A stretch of DNA of 44,008 nucleotides from Octopus sinensis (lineage: Eukaryota). Location: contig NW_021834903.1 of assembly GCF_006345805.1 (NCBI RefSeq), positions 1-44,008 on the forward strand, given 5' to 3'. The notes under the pieces were generated by a model. The model was not told where the DNA came from and searched no databases. It worked only from the letters and a program-made list of their open reading frames with translations. The stretch's first letter is position 1. The number at the start of each line of letters is the position of its first letter. Below are positions 13,818-25,699 of this stretch, one piece after another. The translations under genes and the position numbers were made by a program.

Positions 13818-14933
13818 CTAATGGTAGAATGTCAGATCGTCTAAATAAAAGCTTGACTTGCTAGAAATAGCTGTCAAATCTTCATCATATCACTCTTTTC
13901 TACTCTAATGGACCAATGTCAGATCCTCTAAATAGTTACTAGACTTGCTAGAAATAGTAGTCAAATCTTCATCAGATCACACTTTTCTATTCTAATTGAA
14001 CAATGTCAGATCTCTAAATAGTTGCTAGACTTATATCAGACTTTTCTATTTTAATGGAACAATATCAAATCCTCTAAATATTAGCTTCACTTGCTAGAAA
14101 TAACAGTCAAATCTCCCTTAGATCACACTTTTCTGTATTAATGGATCAATGCCAGTTACTCTAAATAGTTGCTTGACTTGCTAAAAATAGCAGTGAAACC
14201 TTCCTCAGATCACACTTTTCTACTCTAATGGAAGAATGTCAGATTGTCTAAATAAAAGCTTGATTTGCTAGAAATAGCAATCAAATGTTCCTCAGATCAC
14301 TCGTTTCTTATCTAATGGACCAATGTCAGATCCTCAAAATAGTTCCTTGACTTGCTAGAAATATCTATAAAATCTTCCTCAGATCAAACTTTTCTATTTA
14401 ATAGACCAATGTCAGATCCTCTAAATAGTTGCTTGTCTTGCTAGAAATAGCAATCAAATCTTAATCAGATCACTATTCTCATGGACCAATGTCAGAACCT
14501 CTAAATAGTTTCTTGACTGGCTAAAAAAAACAGTCAAATCTTCCTCAGCTCACGCTTTTCTATCTAATGGACCAATGTCAGATCCTCTAAATAGTTCTTT
14601 GACTTGCTAAAAATAGTAGTCAAATCTCCGTATTATCACAATTTTCTATTCTAATGGAACAACATCAGATCCTCTAAATCCTTGCTTGACTTGCTAGAAA
14701 TAGAAATCAAATCTTCCTCAGATTACACTCTTCTATTCTACTGGAACAATGTCAAGATCTCTAAATAGTTGCTTGACATGCTAGAATTAGCAGTCGAATC
14801 TCCCTCAGATCACAATTTTCTATACTAATTGACCAATGTTAGATCATGTAAATATTTGCTTTCCTTGGTAGAAATAGCAGTCAATCTCCCTCAGATCACA
14901 CATTTCTATTCTAATGACCAATGTCACATGCTC

Positions 14934-17664
14934 AGAAATCCACCTGCAGGGCTACGTCCTTTTCAGATGTGACAGAGGAAAAAGGCGATGTGGAGGTGTT
15001 GCTGTGTATGTTAAGTCTGAGCACAAACCGTCCAGCGGTATTCTACCCACTAATGCTCAACCTACAACAAAATTCGATGCTGTCTATTGCAAGCTGAGCC
15101 TATCTGAGTTTTGCCTGCCCGTGTTGGCTGTCTACAGGCCGCCTCTTGCCGACCCCCAGGACGATGCTCATTTACTCGAAGCGATAAGATTCGTTTCAGC
15201 TTCGCATGACTGTTTGGTACTAGGAGACTTCAACGCTCCCACGATCGATTGGCCCGCATCAATTTGTACAACATCTTCCCGGTTCGGCCAGGCCCTTCTT
15301 GACGTGGCTGAAGATTGTTTTCTATCGCAACATGTTGAATATCCGACAAGGCATCGGTCTGGGCAGCAGCCATCTATGCTAGATCTGGTATTCTCCCGCT
15401 ATCCAAGATCAGTGTCAGACATATCTGTGTGCGCCCCTCTTGCCAAGAGTGATCATGCGGTCCTGAAGTTCGTCATGCACACAACTTTTTCTACGCCCAC
15501 GACTACTTCGCTGCCACATAGAGTCTTCTCTGCAATTAATCTTGAAATTCTAACCGAGGCTTCCGCACTTCTGGACTGGCGATCCCTGATGATGTTGTCC
15601 TCAGTTGACGAACTATGGTCATCCCTCAAAGCATATGTAATCTGTTTGACTGACCAGGCAGTTCCCGTTGGGCTTCCCAAGAGGAAGAAACACAAGCCCT
15701 GGGTGACGAAGAAGGTTAAACGAGAACGTCGACTCAGAGATATTGCTTGGCTGAATTCAAAAATCTGGATTCGACTGCAGCTTTTGAGGTGTACAAAACC
15801 CAACGAGACCGAGCCGTGAAAATTGAAAAGAAAGAACGCTTCAGTTATGAATACAAAATCGCGACAAATGCCAGTAGCAATCCAAAAACCTTCTTTGCCC
15901 ATGTCCAGTGGAATTCCCGCTTGAACAACCAGATTGCAACGTTGGTAGACTCAACAGGCGTATCGATTGAGGACCCTTATCAACAGAGTCAATTATTTGC
16001 CGAGGCTTTTTCAACTATTTTCAAACAAGATGATGGTCGTGAACCCCCTCCATTTGATAGATCGGTACCTCCAATGCTTCGATTGGTCATCACGCGGGAC
16101 GAAGTCAAACGTGTTATTCAAGGCCTCGATGTCAACAAGGGTCACGGCCCTGACGGCATACACACACGGGTTATCAAAGCGTTGGCTCCAGTCATCTGCG
16201 AGCCCTTAACACGACTATTCAATATGTCATTGGCGACAGGTGTTATACCTGCAGACTGGAGAACAGCGATAATCTGCCCAATTTTCAAGAAAGGAAGCCG
16301 CGAAGACCCGCTTAACTACCGACCGGTTTCCCTTACATCAATAATCAGCAAGATGTTCGAAACCATCCTTAAGAAAAGTATGATGCTCCACCTCCTAAAC
16401 ATAGCCTCTATCTCTGATTCCCAACACGGCTTCGTGCCGAAGAGATCATGCTTGACCAACTTACTAGTAATGGAAGAATTGGTGACGCACATCCTCGATG
16501 ATAGTGATGCTGTTGACATCGTTTTATTGGACTTTGCCAAAGCTTTTGACTCGGTAAACCACCACCTATTACTTGTCAAGCTTCAAGCATATACTTTCCA
16601 TCCGGATATTGTACGATGGGTTGGTGCCTTCCTCTCAGATCGCTCCTTCCAAGTCCAGTTAATGGTTCGCGGTCCGACGTCTCCAGTGCGAGCAGTGGCG
16701 TGCCTCAAGGTTCAGTGCTTGGACCCTTGTTGTTCTTAGTCTTCATAAATGACTTGCCCGACGACCTCACGCAACACACCCTTCTATTTGCTGACGATAT
16801 CAAACTGGTCGCTCCTCGCGGTAATATAGAGGATCTTCGTCGATGCCTCCACCAAATTTGGAAGTGGTCTAACGATTGGGACCTGTGTCTGAACATGTCA
16901 AAGTGCTGTCATCTGCCTGTCAGCTTTACTCCTGCAACTCAACTTGATTCGAGCCGGGTCGTCTGCTGCTGGAGAGGACCGATCAGGTAAAGGACCTGGG
17001 TATCTTGGTGGATTCCTCCTTTTCGCCTTCGGCCCAGTGCGTCCATGCTGCCAACAAAGCACGCGGAATTCTGTTCTTGATTCAAGGGTCATTCAGAATG
17101 CTCACAGCAGCCATATTCCTACCACTCTATGTCACGCTAGTGAGACCCATATTGGAGTATGGGATTCAAGCCTCTTCTCCTTATCTCCTCAAAGACATAC
17201 AGCATCTCGAAAGAGTCCAGAAGCTGGCTACCCGCATGGTTCATGGTCTCAAAATTTGTTCTACGAAGAAAGGCTGAGGACGCTCGACCTTTATTCTCTT
17301 GAAAAACGCCGCCGCCGTGGTGATCTCATTCTCGCCCACAACATCATAAGCGGAAAGTGTAACCTCTCGAAAGAGCTGTTCTTCACTCCTGCTCCAGAGC
17401 GTCGGCTGCGGGGTCATTCCGAAAAGCTCTACCTGCGACGATTTCATCTCAATCGAAGGAGAGGAGCTTTCTCCGTCCGGGTTGCGGATCCGTGGAACAA
17501 GCTGCCAGACGAGATGGTGAAGATGCCGACGACCGCTTGTTCAAAGCCTCCCTGGACCTCAAGTGGCCTGAACTCTTTACATGAACACCACCCTGTACTT
17601 AACTCCATGTCCCCCTACATGGCCTTGCTATTTGCTTTTGAGCCAAATTAACTAACTAACTAAC
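14934..17664 (+). mobile_element. CR1-like LINE ORF2 (APE endonuclease + RT), family C, frameshifted, with (AACT)n tail, inserted in the satellite
   Basis: APE motifs GGVAVYV, VYRPP, GDFNAP, LDLVFS, SDH. RT motifs GPDGIH, NYRPVSLTS, QHGF, LDFAKAFDSV, GVPQGSVLGPLLF, FADDIK. C-terminal WNKLP. Confidence 0.95.
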
Positions 17665-18503
17665 ATAATAGTTGCTTGACTTTCTAGAAAGAGGAGACAA
17701 ATCTTCCTCAGATCACACTTTTCTATTCTAAAAGACCAATGACAGATTCTCTAAATAGTTCCTTCACTTGCTAGAAAGATGAGTCAAAACTTCCTTGGAT
17801 CAAACTTTTCTATTCTTATGGCCATTGTCACAACCTCTAAATAGTTGCTTGATTTGCAAAAAATAGCAGTCAACCTTCTTAAGACCACACTTTTCTATTC
17901 TAATGGACCAATATCAGATCCTCTAAATACTTGCTTGATTTGCAAGAAATAGCAGTCAAATCTTTCTCAGATCACACTTTTCTATTCCAATGGAACAATG
18001 TCAAATCCTCTAAATAGTTGCTTGACTTGCTAGAAATAGCAGTCAAATCTTAATCAGATCACACTTTTCTATTCTCATGGACCAATATCAGAGCCTCTAA
18101 ATAGTTTCTAAACTTGCTAAAAATAGCAGTCAAATCTTCTTCAGCTCACGCTTTTCTATTCTAATGACTAATGTCAGATCCTCTAAATAGTTCCTTGACT
18201 TGCTAGAAATATTAGTCAAATCTCAGTATTATCACACTTTTCTATTCTAATAGAACAATATCAGATCCTCTAAATAGTTGCTTCACTTGCTAGAAATAGC
18301 AGTCAAGTCTTCCTAGATCATACTTTCTATTCTAATGGAACAATGTCAGATCGTCTAAATAAAAGCTTGACTTGCTAGAAATAGCAATCAAATCTTAGTC
18401 AGATTACACTTTTCTATTCTAATGGAACAATGTCAAGATATCTAAATAGTTGCTAGACTTGATAGAAATAGCTGTCAAATCTCCCTCAGATCACAATTTT
18501 CTA

Positions 18504-19245
18504 AGAAGCATCAGTTGTGGTGTGCAAGAGAGACGTTTGCGCTGGTATGGTCATGTGGCGAGAATGGATGAAGATAGTACCACACCCTAGCGGTTGAGGG
18601 AACCTGTGGAAGAGGCAGACCCAGGAAAACCTGGGACGAGGTGGTGAAGCACGACCTTCGAACTTTAGGTCTCACTGAGGAAATGACTAGAGACCGAGAC
18701 CTCTGGAAGTGTGCTGTGCGCGAGAAGACCCGGCAGGACAAGTGAGTCCATAACCCATGGCCTTCTACATGGGATGGAGCCTGCTTACGTATGCATACCT
18801 TCCCTTCTTGGGACACAAAACTCTACTTGTGAAGACCTGTTGAGGCAAGTGTGGATCAGAATCGAAATCGATCAATGGAAATTGCAGATGTGTTACCAGT
18901 GCCGGTGGCATGTAAGAGAACCTTCCGTTTCACGACCGTTGCCAGCACCGCCCCGTTTCATGTCCGTTGCCAGCCTCGCCTGGCCCTCGTGCCGGTGGCA
19001 CATAAAAAGCACCATCCGTTCGTGGCCGTTTGCCAGCTCTGTTGGTACCTGTGCGGGTGGCACGTAAAAAGCACCCACTACACTCACGGAGTGGTTGGCG
19101 TTAGGAAGGGCATCCAGCCGTAGAAAACACTGCCAGATCTGACTGGGCCTGATGAAGCCTTCTGGCTTCACAGACCCCAGTAGAACCGTCCAACCCATGC
19201 TAGCATGGAAAACAGACGCTAAACGATGATGATGATGATGATGAT
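18504..19245 (+). mobile_element. RTE-clade LINE 3' end with long 3' UTR and (GAT)n tail
   Basis: Translates to RRLRWYGHVARMDED and GRGRPRKTWDEVVKHD. 3' motifs GGTTGGCGTTAGGAAGGGCATCCAGCCG and CCAACCCATGCTAGCATGG. Related minus-strand copy at ~34430-34590. Confidence 0.82.
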
Positions 19246-19291
19246 ATATATATATGTATACATATATATATATATACACATATATATATGT

Positions 19292-19333
<42 letters not shown>

Positions 19334-19495
19334 ACATATATATATGTATACATATATATATGTATACATATATATATATATATACATATATATATGCATG
19401 TATGTATACATATATATATGTATACATATATATATATATATACATATATATATGCATGTATGTATACATATATATATGTATACATATATATATGT

Positions 19496-19538
<43 letters not shown>

Positions 19539-19597
19539 TGTATGTATACATATATATATGTATACATATATATATATATATGTATACATATATATAT
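19246..19597. repeat. (TA)n/GTATAC quasi-palindromic minisatellite
   Basis: Direct reading. Confidence 0.95.
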
Positions 19598-19615
19598 ATC
19601 ATCATCATCATCATC

Positions 19616-20870
19616 ATCGATGTCATCTACCTTGATTTCAGTAAGGCCTTCGACAGGGTCGATCACAAGATCCTATTGAAAAAACTATCCAACATTGGTG
19701 TCTCTGGAAAGTTACTGAAATGGATCAAGTGTTTCCTGACAGACAGATCTCAACATGTTGTAGTTGAAGGGGTAAAATGAAGCCCAGCCAAAGTCAGTAG
19801 TGGCGTTCCGCAAGGCACTGTGCTGGGCCCACTTCTTTTCATCATTTACATTAATGACATTAATGACATCATCAAGCACAGCAACATAAAAATCTTTGCA
19901 GATGATTCCAAGCTACAGAAGGTCATAAATGAGGCGAGTGACCGGACATGCCTTCAGTCAGATCTACTGGCTGTTATCCAATGGGCAGAGAAAAACAATA
20001 TGCTGCTGAACGAGGATAAATTTGAGTTAATCCACTTTGGAAAAGAGGATGCCCTGAAACTCCCATACTCCCTTCCTTCAGGTGAAACTCTCGCGGCGTC
20101 CAACAACATCAGAGACTTGGGAGTAATTGTGGACAGCAACATAAGCTGGGCCACTCATATAAACACCAAAGTTGACATGGCCCGCAGAATGTGTTCCTGG
20201 ATTCTCAGAACTTTCCAGTCGAGAGATATCCACACCATTATCCTTCTCTTCTCCACTTTTGCCCGACCCACCTTGAATACTGTTGTCCACTGTGGTCTCC
20301 CCACACAATACAAGGTATCATAAAAGTTGAAGCACCTCAAAGGGCAATCACAAAAAAGATAGATGGCATGACAGGCCTCGACTATTGGGGTCGACTAGAA
20401 AAGCTAAAACTCTATTCTCTCCAACGTCGTCGTGAGCGCTACATCATCTGCATGATGTGGAAAATATTCCATCAGCATTGCCCAAATGATGTTGGCATCA
20501 CCTTTAAGGTACATCCAAGGCTTGGGCCCCGTGCCATCCGCCCAAAACAAAAATCGCACTCTCATCTCATAACAACAATACGGCACAATTATTTCACCTC
20601 AATTGGCCCCGCTCTCTTTAACATTACACCAAAACACATTAAAACAGAAACTGACCCTATAGGGTTCAAGAAGTCTTTGGACAGATTCTTCAAGAAATCC
20701 CGGATAAACCCCCTACACCCGGATATGTCTCTGTAAACAATAACTCTCTACTTGAGTGGGCCATCGTGCCCAAATTCTGACTTGAAAGACTTCACCAGGT
20801 GGTGCTATTAAGTTAGACATGGCCTGGGCCAATAATGGCCGAAACCTATCAAAGTATCAAAGTATCAAAG
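19616..20870 (+). mobile_element. 5'-truncated CR1-like LINE (family D) with (TATCAAAG)3 tail
   Basis: [59 protein letters not shown], and an 8-bp tandem tail. Confidence 0.93.
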
Positions 20871-20887
20871 TATATGTATACATATAT

Positions 20888-20942
<55 letters not shown>

Positions 20943-20970
20943 CTTTATTTTAAGCAGCAGAAAATTCAAC

Positions 20971-21017
20971 AAAATCTGTTACTCTGAGTTTCTCGTTGCC
21001 GTTCATCAGACAGTTTT
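20971..21017 (-). ncRNA. Minimal hammerhead ribozyme (Penelope pLTR type)
   Basis: Minus strand reads AAAAACUGU-CUGAUGA-ACG GCAA CGA-GAAA-CUC A GAG-UA-ACAGAUUUU: canonical core, GNRA-capped stem II, tiny stem III, GUA cleavage triplet, stem I CUGU/ACAG. Confidence 0.82.
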
Positions 21018-21146
21018 TGCTAGAATGGAACTGATATATCAATTCAATCTATACTCTTACAAACGCTACACCTTTAAAAAGAAATGGACTTGTTTGATTG
21101 GCCCTTTAGAAAAAACGGTCAATATTCGAGCGATAAACAAAAAGGT

Positions 21147-21201
<55 letters not shown>

Positions 21202-22050
21202 AAAAACTTATAAAAATTATAAAATCCGAGGAAAAAACCTATTGACGTTAATGAAGACAATGCAAATTAATGCATAGAAATTAAACCTGTTATAAATACT
21301 GCAATACATATTTATATTAAAATCTACATATATATATCAACATACACAAAAGGATGCGCGTAAACGCCATACATACATATACAGACGTATGAATATAAAT
21401 CTAAATATACACATAAAAGCATGTGTACATATATTCACGCAAACCGTCTCGCACGCAAGCTAAAATTCATCTATGTAGCAATTCTCATATACTGAGCAAG
21501 GAGGGGGGGACGAAAGAAAGGGAGAGAGAGAAAAAGGAACGAAGGAGGGGTGGGGAAAACGAAATAAGAAAAAATTATGTATACAAGCAGTGTAACGGTA
21601 TTATTGCATATATAGAGACCAGTATACATACACAAGTTTGAATGGATACATATACACACAGTCGTGTATATGTGTGCTTAAGCACAAACATACTTTCACT
21701 TACACATACACAGATACGCATGCTTACAAATACATATGCTTTGCTATACACATACTTATATAAACATTCTAATTTGACAACATTGCTTTTTTTAAAAAAA
21801 CATTGCTTTTAAAAATGGGTGCATTAATAAAAATATATACGAAAGACATATAAAATAAAATATAACATCCTATTTTGGGTCATTTATAAATAATCAAGGT
21901 AATATAAATAATCAAGGTAATCCTATGCAATACAATAACATGAAAACAAGTTTGTAGGTTTTTCCTAATATATATGGAGAAACATAAGACTTTGCTATAC
22001 GGATTAAGATCCGCATAGCTTGGAAACAAAAACAAAATCCATCGTAGCGC

Positions 22051-24240
22051 TCATCGTTCAAGAGTCAAAATCAAAATCAAAAATACAAAATATATACCAT
22101 ATCCATATGGTATATTTATATTCGACATTTTAAATTTAGCCGCGTGCCTACATAAGTTCATTAGCTCACTTCTTTGATTCAAAGAATTATTGTCTTTGAA
22201 TAAGATGTACATTTTTTCTAATAGACAAAGCTTGCACTTGAAATTATTTTGTATGCTCCATGCCTGTATGGTGCCGCCCTGTCCAGAATGCTTCATGTCA
22301 CGTTGAAAGGTGGGGCTTCCTTTTCTTTTAGTTCCCAGACATATTTTGCTAGGCTGGTTTTCTTCCTATTCTCTGGGTATTTAAATGAATTTTTATGAGA
22401 ATAAAATCTTGTTTTAAATGAATTTTCTGAAGCCCCTGTGTATGTCTTGTATTCCGATGAGCCTTCCACTTGCACCTTGGCTCTATAAACTACTCCTTTC
22501 ACTAGACATTTCCCTTCTAACGGACAGGAGCTTTCGTTTTTGAAATTACATTTCTTAATGGGCTCGGCACCATGTCTAATCTCAATTAGCTTCCTATTAT
22601 GTTGGCTAATGTAAGAGGCGAAATTTCTGCAACAAGAATAGCTAACCTTCAGGGTTCTTCTATTAAATATTCTATAGAATTTATGACCCTGCTTAAAATG
22701 CTTAGAGACTAATCTCAAAAATTCCTTACCTATATTAGTCTTTACGGCCAAATTGAAAGCCGGGTTGAACCACAAAACTTTCCTGGTCCTAGTTCTTCGT
22801 GCAGCATTATTATCAGCATTAAGCTGGTTGAACTGGATCTTCTCAGAGAATCCACTATTCTTTAATGAGCTATCGTAATAAGGTGCAGCATTATGGAATG
22901 CTGCCTCGTCCGAAGAAATTGAAGATATTCTTCTACCTACATTGCTGACTAAGTTCCTAAGGATAACTGGTGGATGGTTCGAATCTTTGCTAATATACGA
23001 TAGCTTTTCATTGGGCTTACGGAAAGGTTTAAATCTATCCGATCTTACACTAAAATTTACGTCTAAAAAATCTACACTATTCAGGTTAGCATCTATCGTA
23101 ACCCGTAAGCCCATCCTTTGAAAGAAAGCTATAAGGTCCTTCCTAAGTCTATCTGATTCATGGCCGTTTAGATTATGCGTGGCTATAAGGCCGTCATCCC
23201 TATATAAACCTGCATCTATAAATGGGAATTCTATTTTTAGATTATGGAGAATAAAGGCTCCTATGAGCATACATAATTCAGCCCCGTCGTATGCCCCCAT
23301 CGGTACATCGAAAAGAGAATCCTCAGTCTTCTTAATCCAGGTGGAATCCTCGAAAAAAAGAAGCGATTTCCTCGCATGCATAATAATTTCAATTTCCGAG
23401 CTATCGATGTTGACATACTGCTTGGCGAAGTCCAATGCCCTTAGGAGCAACGTCCTAGATATTGACGGGTAAAAGTCAATAATGTCGAATTGTGTGAAAC
23501 TACAATTATTCTTATAGCTAATACCTTTAAACCACTCTATGACTGACTTACTATTCTTCCAAATTCTCAAGTGTACTTCACTATCTAACTTAACTAAAAT
23601 ACGGTCCAAAATATTTTTGCTAATAATTCCTATCAGAGTTTTAGCCGGATTTATCAATCTACATTTGGGGTTTCTACTAAAATTGGCTTTATGGTCTTTC
23701 AGAGTAATAAAAGCTGGTCGTGGTGAAAGATATTCAATCCTATCGCTAATCTTAAGATCGTTAGCTATTCCTCTTGCTTCTAAGTTCACCTCTTTGTATA
23801 TATTCGTGTTGTCTTTTTTGTATGTGTCCGTGACACTATTCGAAATTAGGCGCTTATAAACGTCCTTATCAAGTGCATATAAGTTCCTTGTCTTGTCAGA
23901 ATTAACGAAGATCTTATTCGAGTCGTTAATCTCCTTAATTTTTCTCTCATATTTTTCTGCAATTGGTTGGTATATTTGCGGAATTTAATTTTCCTAATAA
24001 GCTCGAAAAGGTCTTTCTCGAAGGCTTCTAATTCCGAATCGGTGGCGGGTTTCTGGGAGATTTAAATCCATATTTGTTTCCTTCTATTTTCTGCTTATTA
24101 TCAAAGAAGAAGGCTTTCCATCTCAATCTTCGAATAAACTCTTCCGTTTTCTCTATAAGACCTTTGAGATATTGTTTCCGTGCAGGGATAGGTATATTTT
24201 TCTGAGAAAAATCCAGCGGGTAAAGTTCCATCTTTTTCAT
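22051..24240 (-). pseudogene. Disrupted Penelope RT/GIY-YIG ORF
   Basis: Three collinear fragments, with frameshifts near 24030 and 22240 and a TGA at 22293-22295. Confidence 0.85.
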
Positions 24241-24345
24241 CTGTTTGTTCTTCCTACATGTGCAGAGTCGCTCAAACTTTTATAAGGAGCGGGTTACACC
24301 GGAGTAAACACATAAATGTGAAACAAGGTGGAAAAAAAGAGTACT

Positions 24346-24384
<39 letters not shown>

Positions 24385-24876
24385 CGTTGAATAAAAACAC
24401 TTTTAAATATTTTTTGCTGTTTTTATTTTCTCTAATAAATCTGAAATCAGTTATTTCGTCTATGATACGAATACGAAATTAACATGACGTTGAAATCGGA
24501 ATCAAGAGTTTAAACCTTAAACTCCATGTTTAAGTTAAAGATAATGGAAAGACAATGGACTCGATCGATTGTTTTAAAGCAATTTGTGTTAAATATTTGG
24601 TTTCTGGAAAAAAATTTCATTGAAAGTTACTTTCTACACTCGATATACGAAGGTAAATGAATTACATTTTGAGATTTTTCGTTTGACTTTGGGAAAAATC
24701 ACCCCTAGTGATGCTTCGTAACTTGCATAACTATAGAAAAACATTGATAGAGTGAGTATATATATATATATATATATATATACAAAGAGAGAGATAGAGA
24801 GAGAAGCAGATTCTAACAGATAAATAATTTGACAGCAATAGATGAAGTCAGAAGAAGAATAGACATACCAGCTAGC

Positions 24877-24942
24877 AAATACGGAACTATAGCGGCTGAA
24901 AATTAGTCTCTGACTTTTCGCAAAGCATTGTGGGATTGTCGT
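24877..24942 (+). promoter_or_regulatory. Candidate promoter block 1 with a ZNF143/Staf (SPH) motif
   Basis: Reverse complement of 24919-24942 is ACGACAATCCCACAATGCTTTGCG, close to the Staf consensus ACTACAnnTCCCAnAATGC. 63/66 identical to 26729-26794. Confidence 0.6.
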
Positions 24943-25183
24943 TTCAATTTTAATAGCGGCAAGTTTGTAAAAAATATGTGAATTCGACTTCTGGACTTTA
25001 ATTTCTCTTCAACTTGGAAATATTTGTCTTGTATTTTTCACTGAAAATTGTTTGTAAGTTAGTGCTTTTATGAATACATATTGCTTTAAATGGATTTCGA
25101 TGAATAACATTTGAGAGAAATGAATATCGACTGCCGTCAAAAATATCCCAAAGTTAGTTTTTGTTTTTATTGATAACACACAG

Positions 25184-25271
25184 AAAAAGATTTGTCCTGC
25201 ATCTAAAGAAGTCAACAGAAGAATTTCCAGTCATAAATTCTCGAAGTTGCTGTTTATCCTCCACCGAAAAA
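25184..25271 (+). other. Candidate non-coding exon
   Basis: T-rich tract + CAG acceptor ending at 25183, donor GTAAGA at 25272, and an upstream donor GTAAGT at 25054. Confidence 0.35.
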
Positions 25272-25699
25272 GTAAGAATTTATTAATATTATTGTCAAAC
25301 CATTTATATTCTTAAGTTTTGTGTCAATTATGATGTATAGGGATAAATATATTGATTCTTAAACAAGAGACTTCTTTCTACCACCTTCACACACACACAC
25401 ACCTTTAAAAATAAGTCTATTACTTCAAATGTTAATGGTTTCTGTTAAGGCTCAGCAATTTTTAAACGAGTTCATGACTAGAATTTGGTTTGTCAACTGT
25501 TAAAATAACTTTCAGTTCTTTAGACGTTCACATGATTAACAAGGCTAACGTGGGGTGGCTAGAAATAGCAGTCAAATTACTCTCAGATCCATACAAGATC
25601 ATGCAATTGTTCAGTCTAGGAGCCCAATAACAAATCAACTTAGTTGTTTATGAAAGGAATCGATATTTAGAGAGTGAAAACGTGTTTTTCTCTCTTTTT

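Larger units (their letters stand above)
9200..18503. repeat. 87-bp satellite array (~57 monomers in four blocks: 9200-11593, 12008-12615, 13818-14933, 17665-18503)
   Basis: Consensus TGCTAGAAATAGCAGTCAAATCTYCCTCAGATCACACTTTTCTATTCTAATGGACCAATGTCAGATCCTCTAAATAGTTGCTTGACT, head-to-tail with divergent monomers. The count is estimated from block length / 87. Confidence 0.97.
20941..24349 (-). mobile_element. Near-complete Penelope-like element (Naiad-like: RT + C-terminal GIY-YIG) flanked by (TA)n
   Basis: N-terminus 24028-24240 (SQKNIPIP, IRRLRWKAFFF, YGFKS). ORF 22293-23789 (CRLINPAK, FDIIDFYPSI, MGAYDGAELC, GLYRDDGL, FLDV, WFNP, SYSC, CPLEGKC, GVVY...YTG). C-terminal CKLCLLEK...LNQRSE...CRH. 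Hammerhead at the 3' end. The clade assignment is from motif memory. Confidence 0.88.

Noticed and set aside
14914-14933. ATG start of ORF 14914-15819 as the real LINE start or a satellite-LINE fusion protein
   Set aside because: The first codons come from satellite sequence by chance. The element is 5'-truncated and frameshifted downstream.
9200-18503. CRISPR-like array next to reverse transcriptases
   Set aside because: Monomers are homologous along their whole length with no unique spacers, there are no cas genes, and the RTs are ordinary eukaryotic LINE insertions.
18893-19780. Overlapping YI-rich ORFs in many frames
   Set aside because: They come from a stop-free TA minisatellite. Only the last ~55 codons of 19226-19780 are real CR1 RT.
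22293-22295. In-frame TGA in the Naiad-like ORF as selenocysteine
   Set aside because: The context NVT*SILDRAAPY fits a conserved Trp position (TGG to TGA), not a Cys position, and the copy has other disabling frameshifts.
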